Shown here: in pieces, positions 16,567 through 25,672 of the stretch
Layout: each line of letters starts with the position of its first letter
Numbering within the stretch: the first letter of the stretch is position 1
From: Candidatus Bruticola sp.
GTDB taxonomy: Bacteria > Vulcanimicrobiota > Xenobia > Xenobiales > Xenobiaceae
NCBI GenBank assembly: GCA_051874735.1
Contig: JBJEGD010000026.1
Coordinates: 162,247 to 226,246, forward strand
DNA: 64,000 nucleotides
Reading direction: 5' to 3'
The notes under the pieces: generated by a model
The model's database searches: none
Told to the model about the DNA's origin: nothing
The model's input: the letters and a program-made list of their open reading frames with translations, nothing else
Made by a program: the position numbers and the translations under genes

Positions 16567-19098
16567 TTAGAAGCTGGAGAACATAATCTGTTTAAGCTTT
16601 CTCCGAGCATTCAGCGAAATAAATGAACCCATGTAATCGGGGTCTAGAGTCATACCTACAGATTTGGCTTTTATATTTATTTGACCACCTTCGCCGTTGC
16701 CGGGAGTGCTGTTGCTAGGATCGCCTCCGTAGGCTATCATGGCGCCGGTTAAGTTGAGAGTACTATTAGAACCAAGGTCGGCATTAATATTGCCCCAAGC
16801 GTAGATAACTCCGGAAATATCTTGATCGGAATATTTTATTTCACCGTAGCGGGTCATCAAATCGCTGAGCTGACTCTGCTTTTTATCGCGGAAGTTCTTA
16901 CTGGCCAATTTGCTATCAACGTAGTTTTGCACGTTGCTCAAGTTATCGGGAGTAAACTCTGCATCGGATATTTCAATAGGAGTTACAGTACCATCGTCAT
17001 AGCCGTCATCGTCGTCATCGTCCCAGTTGTCATCATCAAACAGGTATTTTAATAACTTGTTAGTCTTGTTATAAAGATCTTGACGCGCTGTGGCTATTTC
17101 CCGAAACTTATCTTCAGATAAACAGAATTTATTTCGAGTGTTTGAATCTTGAGCCTGCAGATAAGCTGAGTCATCATCTTGTTTGCATTGAATGTTACAG
17201 AAATCTACAAGACAGGTACAGTATGCAAAATCATTATAATACTCTGATGAAGGTTGCCATCCTTGTATATGTTCATGTGAGCCAGCGGCTAGAGCGGCGC
17301 CCTCTTCATATCTGGACTGATAAAAATGGTCGAAGTATTTGTCAGTTTGTTGGGGACTAAAAAGATTGGAATCTATTTGACCATTTTCTCTGTAAGCAGC
17401 TAAGTATATTGACATGAGCGTCCTATATGCATTCAGAGCATCGTTTTTCATGTTTTGAGCTTCTGTAGGATGCTCAAGCCTAACTGTTTTGCCTTTGGGG
17501 TTATTTTTATTAGGTCCTTTTGATTTTCCAGGTTCGCTGGGTTTAACACTAATCGTTGGATCGCTTTCAGCCAACTGAAATTTTTTGGGTTCAGCTTTTT
17601 TTACCGTTTCAGTTACATCTTCAATGGGCAGCAGATTGACGTCGCCTTTAGCGTAAACTGAAACGCCAACGCCAGGATCCGATTCTAAAATGCTGGGCCC
17701 TTGCAAAGAGATGTTGCCAGCTGAAATTAGGGAGCCTCCTCCTAAGGCAGCTCCTTCAATGAAAATATTGTTGTCAGAAGTTATAATCGGATAATTGCCG
17801 GAACTGTCTTTCAGAAAAGCTACAATGGGACGGGAGGCTCCACCCTCTTTATCGTAGCGAATGATAAAAGAAGAGGTTTGGCCATTGGAAGCTACAGACA
17901 GATTATCAGAAATCGTCATAGTCTGACTGCTGAAATCTATTTCTATGCCGGGCATGTTAGCCGTTATTTTTGTTTTGGCTGTATCTGCCGGAATAGAAGT
18001 GCCAGGAGGGAAGTTGCCGTCGTAGCGAACTAATACGTTTGTTTTGCCGCTTTTGTCATCGGGATCTTTTTCCCAGCGATAAGTGCCGGCTGTAACTTTT
18101 ATAAAGGATTTATCCTTGCACTTTTCCTGTACCGATTCCCACGTAACTTGGGCGAAGTTACTGGTGTCTTTGCTGGTAAAAACGGTATAGCTCGATTGCT
18201 TAGGATCTGACAGTTTAATATCGCTGGCTGCAGCTGAGACGATCTGGCCGTCAGACATGTCGAGCAGGCCAGCATTGATGGAAGCACTACCTAAAGTTCG
18301 CATCTTGGGCGCATTGCTGCCTTTAGCATTGCTGGCTCTAATTACATTGGCCTTGATTGTCAAATTACTAGCGGCGCTAGCTACAGAGTCAGTAAATTGC
18401 TCTTCGGAATCTAAAGTTAAATAAGCTTCAGAGCGGACGGAAGTTTGGCCGGATAAGTCGGAGCTGCGCAAAGCGGCTAAATCGTCAAGTTCTAAATCGC
18501 GCAGTGAATTGCCAGCAAAACCTTCAGCTATTAAGTAGCAGCTGGCTTTGCCTAGCTCAAAACTGGGGGAATTCTCAGCTTCAACATATTTTGTACCGTA
18601 GGAGTCGCTACTTTCTTTCAGCCTAATAGTGCCGTCAGCGGAAGCTGTATAAACTTTAACGGGTGTGCTGTTGAATAAATTGTTTACTGAAACGTAAGGA
18701 GAAGCAATTTTGCCTGATAAGCTACTATTGTTGAGGCCATCTAAGCCGCCTGCGCCGTCTTCATAGTTGAATTTTAAACGGAAGAAAGATCTGCGGCCGT
18801 TAGATGTAGTAATACAGCCCAGTACGTTACCTTCTTTTTCAATAACTTCTAGGCCTTTGCTAGTTTCAGAAATATTTTTTGCTTCAGCTGCTCGCCAGGT
18901 AATATTGTCTTGTAGACGAGTAACGGCGTATTGTATACCTGATTGGGCCGCCATAAGGGCTTCTTCTCTTCCGTAAAAGTTAGAGGCCAGACGCATGCCG
19001 CCCAAATTGGAGTACACAACCGAACTTAGTAGCATGATTACTAACACAACGGTGAGCATTGTAGTTATCAACACAATGCCGCGTTTGTTTTTTAGCAT
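16567..19098 (-). CDS. large PilX_N/GspK-like pseudopilin-domain protein, paralog 2 (~843 aa)
   Basis: MLKNKRG-IVLITTMLTVVLVIMLLSSVVYSN... AAGGAGG RBS 9 nt upstream of ATG 19098. The TTG at 19107 abuts the RBS and is unlikely to be the start. Confidence 0.7.
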   Translation of the reverse strand: MLKNKRGIVLITTMLTVVLVIMLLSSVVYSNLGGMRLASNFYGREEALMAAQSGIQYAVTRLQDNITWRAAEAKNISETSKGLEVIEKEGNVLGCITTSNGRRSFFRLKFNYEDGAGGLDGLNNSSLSGKIASPYVSVNNLFNSTPVKVYTASADGTIRLKESSDSYGTKYVEAENSPSFELGKASCYLIAEGFAGNSLRDLELDDLAALRSSDLSGQTSVRSEAYLTLDSEEQFTDSVASAASNLTIKANVIRASNAKGSNAPKMRTLGSASINAGLLDMSDGQIVSAAASDIKLSDPKQSSYTVFTSKDTSNFAQVTWESVQEKCKDKSFIKVTAGTYRWEKDPDDKSGKTNVLVRYDGNFPPGTSIPADTAKTKITANMPGIEIDFSSQTMTISDNLSVASNGQTSSFIIRYDKEGGASRPIVAFLKDSSGNYPIITSDNNIFIEGAALGGGSLISAGNISLQGPSILESDPGVGVSVYAKGDVNLLPIEDVTETVKKAEPKKFQLAESDPTISVKPSEPGKSKGPNKNNPKGKTVRLEHPTEAQNMKNDALNAYRTLMSIYLAAYRENGQIDSNLFSPQQTDKYFDHFYQSRYEEGAALAAGSHEHIQGWQPSSEYYNDFAYCTCLVDFCNIQCKQDDDSAYLQAQDSNTRNKFCLSEDKFREIATARQDLYNKTNKLLKYLFDDDNWDDDDDDGYDDGTVTPIEISDAEFTPDNLSNVQNYVDSKLASKNFRDKKQSQLSDLMTRYGEIKYSDQDISGVIYAWGNINADLGSNSTLNLTGAMIAYGGDPSNSTPGNGEGGQINIKAKSVGMTLDPDYMGSFISLNARRKLKQIMFSSF

Positions 19099-19210
19099 AT
19101 CTGCCAACCTCCTTTACCTAAATTTTTATGCAGCTTTTAGGAGAGTTGTTGTAAAGCCGCTCGGTATTTTTCTTGTTTATGTTGTGTTTGAAGTTTGCTC
19201 CCATAAAAAG

Positions 19211-19278
19211 AGCCTAATCTAGGCTATTACACAATTAGAGCCCGCGTCCTTTATAAAAAATTAAGAAACGTGGGCTCT
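19211..19278 (-). terminator. hairpin region downstream of paralog 3 (weak terminator candidate)
   Basis: Short hairpin agcct/aggct followed on the minus strand by ctttttat. A longer imperfect hairpin agagcccgcg / cgtgggctct has no minus-strand U-tract. Confidence 0.3.
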
Positions 19279-19344
19279 AATTTATTTTTTGTTTAATTTA
19301 GGCTTGATGCTGCGATGCTGGATCGCACAGCATAGCGTAGCTAT

Positions 19345-21738
19345 TTAGAAGCTGGAGAACATAGTCTGTTTCAGCCTGCGTCTAGCATTGGCCGCTAAGA
19401 ATGAACCCATATAGTCAGGATCGAGAGTCATGCCAATACTGCCGGCATTTATAGTAATAGTTCCTTTCTTGTCTTTACCGGGAGTTTTTGTTTTAGGATC
19501 TGCTCCGTAGGCTACCATAGCTCCTGTAAGATTGAGCGTGCTGCTCGCACCTATATCGGCATTGATATTGCCCCACGCGTAAATAACGCCGGAAATATCT
19601 TGATCGGAGTATTTGAGTTGACCGTATCGAGTCATAAGGTCGGCCAACTGAGCTTCCTTATTGTCGCGGAAGTTGTCGCTAGCTAAATCTTTATCGATGC
19701 AGTTCTGCACATTGCTGATGTCGCTCGAGGAAAGCACCGTATCAACTTCAGTGGAACCGGCTACCTGCTCGGTTGGCTCCCAGTTATCTGGATTACGGAG
19801 ATATGTATCTAGCGCTGGCATCAGAGGTTGAGATTGATCTCCTTTATCTCCTCTATGTTTAGACATCGTTAAGGCGTAATACAGTTCCAACGCTTCGTCA
19901 AAGCTCATTTTATCTCCACCTATATAAGGAGTTATACTAAGAGACGATGTAACTTCTGGCTCACCATTTTGAAGCTTTGCACAGTTGCTTGCATACTCTG
20001 CACAGTAGGCTTCAAACATCAATGCGGCTGCTGCGTGGCTAGAGTCGCTGCTAAAGAAATTACTGCACTGTTTATGTTTTGTTGTGATATGACTGATAAT
20101 ATTGTTGAAAACATTAACTTTTAGAGCGTTATATTCGTCATTTTCTTTAAGAACATAAACTTTCTCTGTAGTGCTTCCCCCTGTTGAACCGCCGTTATTG
20201 TCGACTTCTGGAGGAGTGGTAGGCTTTATAGTGTCTTTGACGGTTGAGGTCAAGTCTTCAATGGGCAGCAGATTGACGTCTTTTTTAGAGTAGATGGAGA
20301 CGCCTACGCCGGGATCTGACTCCAAAATACTGGGCCCCTGCAAAGAGATATTGCCTTCAGAAGTAATAGAGCCGCCTCCCAAAGTGGCCGCCTGCAGAAA
20401 GATATCGCCTGAAGAACTGATAATGGGTGAAGTTTTTGTTTCAGGATTTTCTAAAAGAGCAACAATAGGACGGGAAGCACCGCTGTCCTTGTCATAGCGC
20501 ACAATAAAAGAGGCGTCTTTGCCGTCGGCTACTATCAGAAGGTTCTGCGATATTTTCATAGTTTGAGTATCAAAGTCTATGGTCATTCCTGGCAGACTCG
20601 ATACAACTGTCGATTTGGCGTCTGTGGGAATAGACTCGCCAGGAGGATAGATGCCTTGATAGCGTTTCAAAACATTCTTTTTGGTGTCAGGGTCAACGCT
20701 CCACACATAAGTTCCTGATTGCAACTCTGTGTACGTCTGGCCGGGAGAGTCTGCTTTGGTGACGTCATCCCAGATAATCTGAGCAAAATTGCCCGAATCG
20801 TTGCTACTTTTTGCCGTATAGTTAGCTTCTTTGTTAATGGATTGGCCGTTTATGCTGTAACTGCAGCCTTCCCCATAGTAAAATTGGCCGCTGGGAAAAT
20901 CTATGCTGTTGCTTTGTATAGTCAGATTCTTTAAGGTGCGGATTTTGGGGGCTGAACCGCCTTTAGCATTATTTACGCGAAAAATTGAAGAATTTGTTTT
21001 TAAATCGTTGGCTGCACAAGCTACAGAATCGGTAAACTGCTCATCTGCTGCTAAGTCCAGATAGCTTTCTACGGTTACACAGATGGCATTGCAGCGCTCT
21101 TTTGAAATTTTGAGCATATCTGTCAAGCTCATATCGCGCACTCCGTCGCCAGCGAAGCCTTCTACAACAAGATAGCAGCTCGATTTATCCAGCACAAAAT
21201 TGCTGGAATTTTCGGCTTCTTGGCGGTCTTTACCGTACTCATCTTTGTAAGTGTTCAGCTTGAGAGTGCCATCTTTTGATGCTGTATAGACTTTTGTCGA
21301 TATGCTGCTGGTAAGGTTATTAACAGAGACATAAGGAGAGGGAATTTTGGCTGAGTCTGAACTATCGTTCAGGCCATCAAAGCCATTTTCGCCGTCTTCA
21401 TAATTAAATTTTATGCGAAAGAAAGAGCGGCGTCCATTTTTGCTGTCGATCATGCCGACAACATTGCCGTTATTCTCAATGACGCTTAGACCTGTGCTGC
21501 TATCCGAAATAGTTTCGCTGTCGTCGCAGCCTTTCCAAGTGATGTTGTTCTGCAGCTTAGTTATGGCGTACTGTACGCCTGACTGGGCAGCCATGATGGC
21601 CTGTTCGCGTCCGTAAAAATTGGAAGCCAGTCTCATACTGCCTATATTTGAGTAAACTATTGAGCTAAGCAGCATAATTACCAACACTACCGTTAGCATG
21701 GTAGTGATTAGTACTATGCCTCGTTTGTTTTTCAACAT
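19345..21738 (-). CDS. large PilX_N/GspK-like pseudopilin-domain protein, paralog 3 (~797 aa)
   Basis: MLKNKRG-IVLITTMLTVVLVIMLLSSIVYSN... AAGGGGG RBS 5 nt upstream of ATG 21738. The ORF is open to ATG 21753. Confidence 0.7.
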   Translation of the reverse strand: MLKNKRGIVLITTMLTVVLVIMLLSSIVYSNIGSMRLASNFYGREQAIMAAQSGVQYAITKLQNNITWKGCDDSETISDSSTGLSVIENNGNVVGMIDSKNGRRSFFRIKFNYEDGENGFDGLNDSSDSAKIPSPYVSVNNLTSSISTKVYTASKDGTLKLNTYKDEYGKDRQEAENSSNFVLDKSSCYLVVEGFAGDGVRDMSLTDMLKISKERCNAICVTVESYLDLAADEQFTDSVACAANDLKTNSSIFRVNNAKGGSAPKIRTLKNLTIQSNSIDFPSGQFYYGEGCSYSINGQSINKEANYTAKSSNDSGNFAQIIWDDVTKADSPGQTYTELQSGTYVWSVDPDTKKNVLKRYQGIYPPGESIPTDAKSTVVSSLPGMTIDFDTQTMKISQNLLIVADGKDASFIVRYDKDSGASRPIVALLENPETKTSPIISSSGDIFLQAATLGGGSITSEGNISLQGPSILESDPGVGVSIYSKKDVNLLPIEDLTSTVKDTIKPTTPPEVDNNGGSTGGSTTEKVYVLKENDEYNALKVNVFNNIISHITTKHKQCSNFFSSDSSHAAAALMFEAYCAEYASNCAKLQNGEPEVTSSLSITPYIGGDKMSFDEALELYYALTMSKHRGDKGDQSQPLMPALDTYLRNPDNWEPTEQVAGSTEVDTVLSSSDISNVQNCIDKDLASDNFRDNKEAQLADLMTRYGQLKYSDQDISGVIYAWGNINADIGASSTLNLTGAMVAYGADPKTKTPGKDKKGTITINAGSIGMTLDPDYMGSFLAANARRRLKQTMFSSF

Positions 21739-22078
21739 ACTGACCCCCTTCATTGGATTATTTATAGGCTTAAATGTATACGAAATTTTATGTCAGATGT
21801 TAATGTTCTGGGTAAAGTGTGAAAACTAAAAAGGCTCATGGCCTATCCTGCTCTCATTCTACAATAGCTTGGTTATTATTGCCAACTTAATATTGTTAAT
21901 TTTCATCCCTTTATAAATGTTCTTAACTTTTTCTTTATGTTGAGAGGAGTTCAATTTTGAGCTTTTGAGATGTTGGCAAGCTGCTATATGTTACAAAGGA
22001 GTGAGATTTTTGCAAAAATAATAAAATAGATAAAAAATTGGCTTGTCTAAGCAGAAAAAAGTTTGTAAATTTAGGATA

Positions 22079-25000
22079 ATGAATAGTAGGACTTTTTTCG
22101 TCAGCTTAGCGATTTTCTCGATCCCACTGACTGGGTCGGGCTCTTCTTGGGCTGTCGGCGCAGATTCAGCTCGTCAAGAAGCTTCCGGGGCTGAACAAAG
22201 GCATGAGGCCTCTGAAGTCCTAAGGTTAAATGGTCTAGAAAAGACTTCTGTCGTCACCTATACAGAAAAGAGTGAGGAATCGATGAACATAAACGTAGAA
22301 CGTTCTTCCGACTTATTCCGCGCCAATTCCGTGGTGCAGAATAATGGCTCTGCCGAGTCTAAGCAGATGACTGCAAGTACCTCTGCTCCGGCCGTTCCTG
22401 TGGACAGTTTCTCTTTAAACAGTACCGAGAGCAAAGAAGCTGTTGCTGGTCTTCCTAAGCTTAATGCTGCTCAGGTAAAAGCTGAAAGTACCGCGGTACA
22501 GCCTGAAAACACCGATAAAAAACAGGTTATATTCCAGTTCGACAGTCGTGGCTGCTCCCAGACTGAGCTCAGCAACATCGGGCTCAAAGGCTCCTTCAAT
22601 AATGAGACTGGTCTTTACGATCAGCATTGGAATGGCGATAAAGTTATTCCTATGCACGACGACGGTCTCAACGGCGACGCCGTAGCTGGCGATGGAGTTT
22701 ATACTGCTGCTGTCGATTTAAAAACCGGACAGAATCAACAGTTTAGTTGGGGCGTGGTTGGAGATATTACTGGCAAAGACGGTAAAGTGCAGAACGCTCA
22801 GTGGTTAGTTATGAGCGAAACTAATCCTAATTTCAACTTGAACGATTCTCCGGTACAAACTTATGCGCCTATTCAGACTCATCTCTTTGGTGTGCACAAA
22901 GAGGGAGAAGATGGCGTCCGCTTCCAAACTTGGTCCCCTGAAGTTGGTAAAGGCGACTTAGGCAACTACAAGCTCTACGTAGAAGTAAGTAATCCTCAGA
23001 CTGGCGAGATCGAAGAGCGTCTGCCCATGGAGAAAAATGAGCAGAACGGAGTTTGGACTCTCACCCAGAACGATGGTTGGAGCAAACTTAAAGGTAAAAC
23101 TTATCAGTATGCAGCCCTTAACGATAAAGGCGAGGTACTTAAGAATAAATGGGGCGGAGAAGTACGCTATTCTGATCCGCATGCCCGTTATCTGCAGGGC
23201 GAGCAGCGTGGCTTAGAGAGAATCTTCGTCGATCCCGTAATGGGCTTCGAGGTCGGTTGGTATGATGACAGCGGTAAAGGCGGTCCCAACTACGCCGATA
23301 ATCCTCAGTGGGGACGTTTCACAGTCGATTCTCATCCTAACGCGGATAGCGTTCGCTTAGTGTTGCGCGATGAAAACGGTAAGCAGCTCAATAAGCAGGA
23401 ACTGTTGGATCGTCTCGGCAAACCTGAGCGCATTCCTTACGATCAGGCCTCTCCGGAAGATAAGCATGACGTCGATGTTTTGCGCAACTGGAAGCTCGAT
23501 CAAACTGAGCCGATCGATAAATATTCCTGGATTAACAGCGTCAACGAAGATGGTTCTATCGATATGAATCGCGTGGACAGCCCTGGAGCCGGCACTGCTT
23601 GGGTTACAGCTGTAAACAACTTCCCTAAACTGATCGGCATGCAATATGAATATCAGGTTGTAGAGGATGGCAAGTTAGTAGGCGACGTCAACGGAGATGG
23701 CAAACTCAGTAGCCAGGAGCGTATAGCTACTCCTTTCAACGATCCTTATACTAACGTAATTCAGCCTAAGCCCGGCTCTGCCCGCAAGTCTCTGATTCGC
23801 GAGTCTAGCTTCGAGTTCCGTTATGACAACGTACCCAGACGCCAAACTAATCAGAACAACTTTGTAATTTATGAAGCTCATGTCGGTTCATTCATGAGTT
23901 CTAAAGACAACGCTGTGCCGGCCACTTTTGAAGACATGATTAATAATCTCGATTATTTCGCTTCTTTAGGAGTAGATACTATCGAGTTAATGCCTACAAA
24001 CGAGTTCGGCGCCAAACGCGACTGGGGTTATACTCCCGATTTCTATTACGCCGGTGCGGCTAGTTACGGTTTTGAAATGGATCGCCAAGAGGCCATCGAT
24101 CGCAAGCTGATTACTGACGACGAACAGCCTGGAGCCAAGAGTGTCTGGATATCTGGTACAGATGCTATGAAGCTCTTCGTCGATGAGAGCCATAAACGCG
24201 GTTTCAACGTCATGGCCGATGTAGTTTACAACCACACTTCTGGCAAGCCCGATGCCGATGATCCTCTGGGGCGTATCGATGGCGATAAGCGCTCTTTCTT
24301 CAACTGGTGGCAGAAAGGTGAGTCTTACACTCCTTGGGGAGCTAAGCCCAATTTTGCTAATCAAAACGTAAAAGATTTCTATTCCGACAACGCGGTTCAG
24401 CAAGTTGCCGAATTCGGCTTCGATGGTATCCGCTTCGACTTTACGCAGGTTCTCCATTCTACAGGTAATTCTGCCGAGCAGATTGAAGGCATGAACACGT
24501 TGCGTCAGATTAACCGCTCTTTGCGTTTAATTAAGCCCGACGTTTACACTGTAGCTGAAGACTTTAGTGGCAGTTGGCTGGTTGCTGCTGATATGGATAA
24601 GTCTGAAACTCAGGGTTATGGTCCCGGCAGCTGGGAAAAGAAAGGCATGGGCTTCAGTGGCGTTTGGAATGACCGTTTCCACGATGATCTGTTGGAAATG
24701 GCTCAGGGACGCGGAAGTGCTGATCGCTTGATGGAAGCAATTACCTGTCACGTCGGCGTTACCGACTGGAGCAGAGCGGTAACTTACGCTCACAGTCACG
24801 ATGAAGTTGGTAATACTGGTAACTGGATGCACCGCGGCGCTGCAGCTTCCAAAGATGACGAAGCTGTCAAGCAGCCCTTCCCGCGTTCTATTGCCCGAAC
24901 TGCCTCTGCTATAACTTTGACAGGTCCTGGTGTGCCTATGCTCTTCCAGGGTGAAGAGTTCTTAGCTAATAATGACTTTAAACATGGTCTGACTTCTACC

Positions 25001-25546
25001 TGGGGCGCCGACATGGATTGGACTAAGTTCCCCGTCACTCCCGATAAGTTAGATAACTTTGCTAGAGTGGCTTCCATGGATATGTCCTCTCGTGAAGTCG
25101 AACGTTCTCGTATGAGTGCCGATGAGCAGAAGCTCTTCGATCGTTATTGTGAGATGAGTCCTGAGGAGAAGAATAAAGCTGAAGATATGGCCAACCAGGT
25201 CGGTCAGTTTATTCTCACTCGCGACTTAGTCGCTTTGCGCCGCACTTCTCCGGCTCTTAATGCGACCGGTAATATCAGCCGTGTTTACACCCATAACGAC
25301 GACAGAGTTTTGGCTTGGAAACGTGACGACGGTGGCTCCGATGAGTTCGTGGTTATTTCCAACTTCGCCAATACTGATCGTCCTGGCTACCGTATGGAGC
25401 TTCCTCCCGGTCAGTGGAAAGAAGTCTTCAATACTAACGCCCGCTGTTATGGCGGCAGCGGTACCGGTAACGGTGGCAACTCTGTAACTTCTTACGGTGG
25501 CGTATTCCTGCCTGCTGGCGGTACCATCGTTTTGAAGAAGCAGTAG
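22079..25546 (+). CDS. secreted GH13 (alpha-amylase family) alpha-glucan-active enzyme with CBM48/E-set-like modules
   Basis: Signal peptide MNSRTFFVSLAIFSIPLTGSGSSWA. CBM48-like segment LFGVHKEGEDGVRFQTWSP...GVWTL. GH13 regions: NFVIYEAHVGSF, GFDGIRFDF (nucleophile), VAEDFSG (acid/base), YAHSHDEVGN. The ORF is open from TTG 22043. Confidence 0.85.
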   Translation: MNSRTFFVSLAIFSIPLTGSGSSWAVGADSARQEASGAEQRHEASEVLRLNGLEKTSVVTYTEKSEESMNINVERSSDLFRANSVVQNNGSAESKQMTASTSAPAVPVDSFSLNSTESKEAVAGLPKLNAAQVKAESTAVQPENTDKKQVIFQFDSRGCSQTELSNIGLKGSFNNETGLYDQHWNGDKVIPMHDDGLNGDAVAGDGVYTAAVDLKTGQNQQFSWGVVGDITGKDGKVQNAQWLVMSETNPNFNLNDSPVQTYAPIQTHLFGVHKEGEDGVRFQTWSPEVGKGDLGNYKLYVEVSNPQTGEIEERLPMEKNEQNGVWTLTQNDGWSKLKGKTYQYAALNDKGEVLKNKWGGEVRYSDPHARYLQGEQRGLERIFVDPVMGFEVGWYDDSGKGGPNYADNPQWGRFTVDSHPNADSVRLVLRDENGKQLNKQELLDRLGKPERIPYDQASPEDKHDVDVLRNWKLDQTEPIDKYSWINSVNEDGSIDMNRVDSPGAGTAWVTAVNNFPKLIGMQYEYQVVEDGKLVGDVNGDGKLSSQERIATPFNDPYTNVIQPKPGSARKSLIRESSFEFRYDNVPRRQTNQNNFVIYEAHVGSFMSSKDNAVPATFEDMINNLDYFASLGVDTIELMPTNEFGAKRDWGYTPDFYYAGAASYGFEMDRQEAIDRKLITDDEQPGAKSVWISGTDAMKLFVDESHKRGFNVMADVVYNHTSGKPDADDPLGRIDGDKRSFFNWWQKGESYTPWGAKPNFANQNVKDFYSDNAVQQVAEFGFDGIRFDFTQVLHSTGNSAEQIEGMNTLRQINRSLRLIKPDVYTVAEDFSGSWLVAADMDKSETQGYGPGSWEKKGMGFSGVWNDRFHDDLLEMAQGRGSADRLMEAITCHVGVTDWSRAVTYAHSHDEVGNTGNWMHRGAAASKDDEAVKQPFPRSIARTASAITLTGPGVPMLFQGEEFLANNDFKHGLTSTWGADMDWTKFPVTPDKLDNFARVASMDMSSREVERSRMSADEQKLFDRYCEMSPEEKNKAEDMANQVGQFILTRDLVALRRTSPALNATGNISRVYTHNDDRVLAWKRDDGGSDEFVVISNFANTDRPGYRMELPPGQWKEVFNTNARCYGGSGTGNGGNSVTSYGGVFLPAGGTIVLKKQ

Positions 25547-25565
25547 CTTTAGACAAATATAAATG

Positions 25566-25627
25566 AAAACTGCTCCTTGCAGGTCTGGCTTTCAGTTGGC
25601 AGTCAGCAAGGAGCAGTTTTTTGTTTG
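25566..25627. terminator. rho-independent terminator between convergent GH13 and MBL genes
   Basis: aaaactgctccttgc / gcaaggagcagtttt stem followed by tttttg on plus. There is also a short T-run on the minus side. Confidence 0.75.
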
Positions 25628-25672
25628 TAGTTTAAGCTCTGGTTATGAACTTTACTGAATTTATTGACAAAG

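Noticed and set aside
13903-21753. Idea that the hypervariable cassettes are produced by a diversity-generating retroelement or an invertible shufflon
   Set aside because: The window holds no reverse transcriptase, template repeat, recombinase or flanking inverted repeats. The variable segments differ in length and are unalignable, rather than differing at scattered adenine-templated positions. Ancient duplication plus divergence or recombination fits better.
22415-25487. Many antisense or out-of-frame ORFs (up to 156 aa, e.g. 23987-24457) inside the GH13 gene
   Set aside because: The plus-strand frame carries all the GH13 conserved regions. The long antisense frames have no motifs or RBSs.
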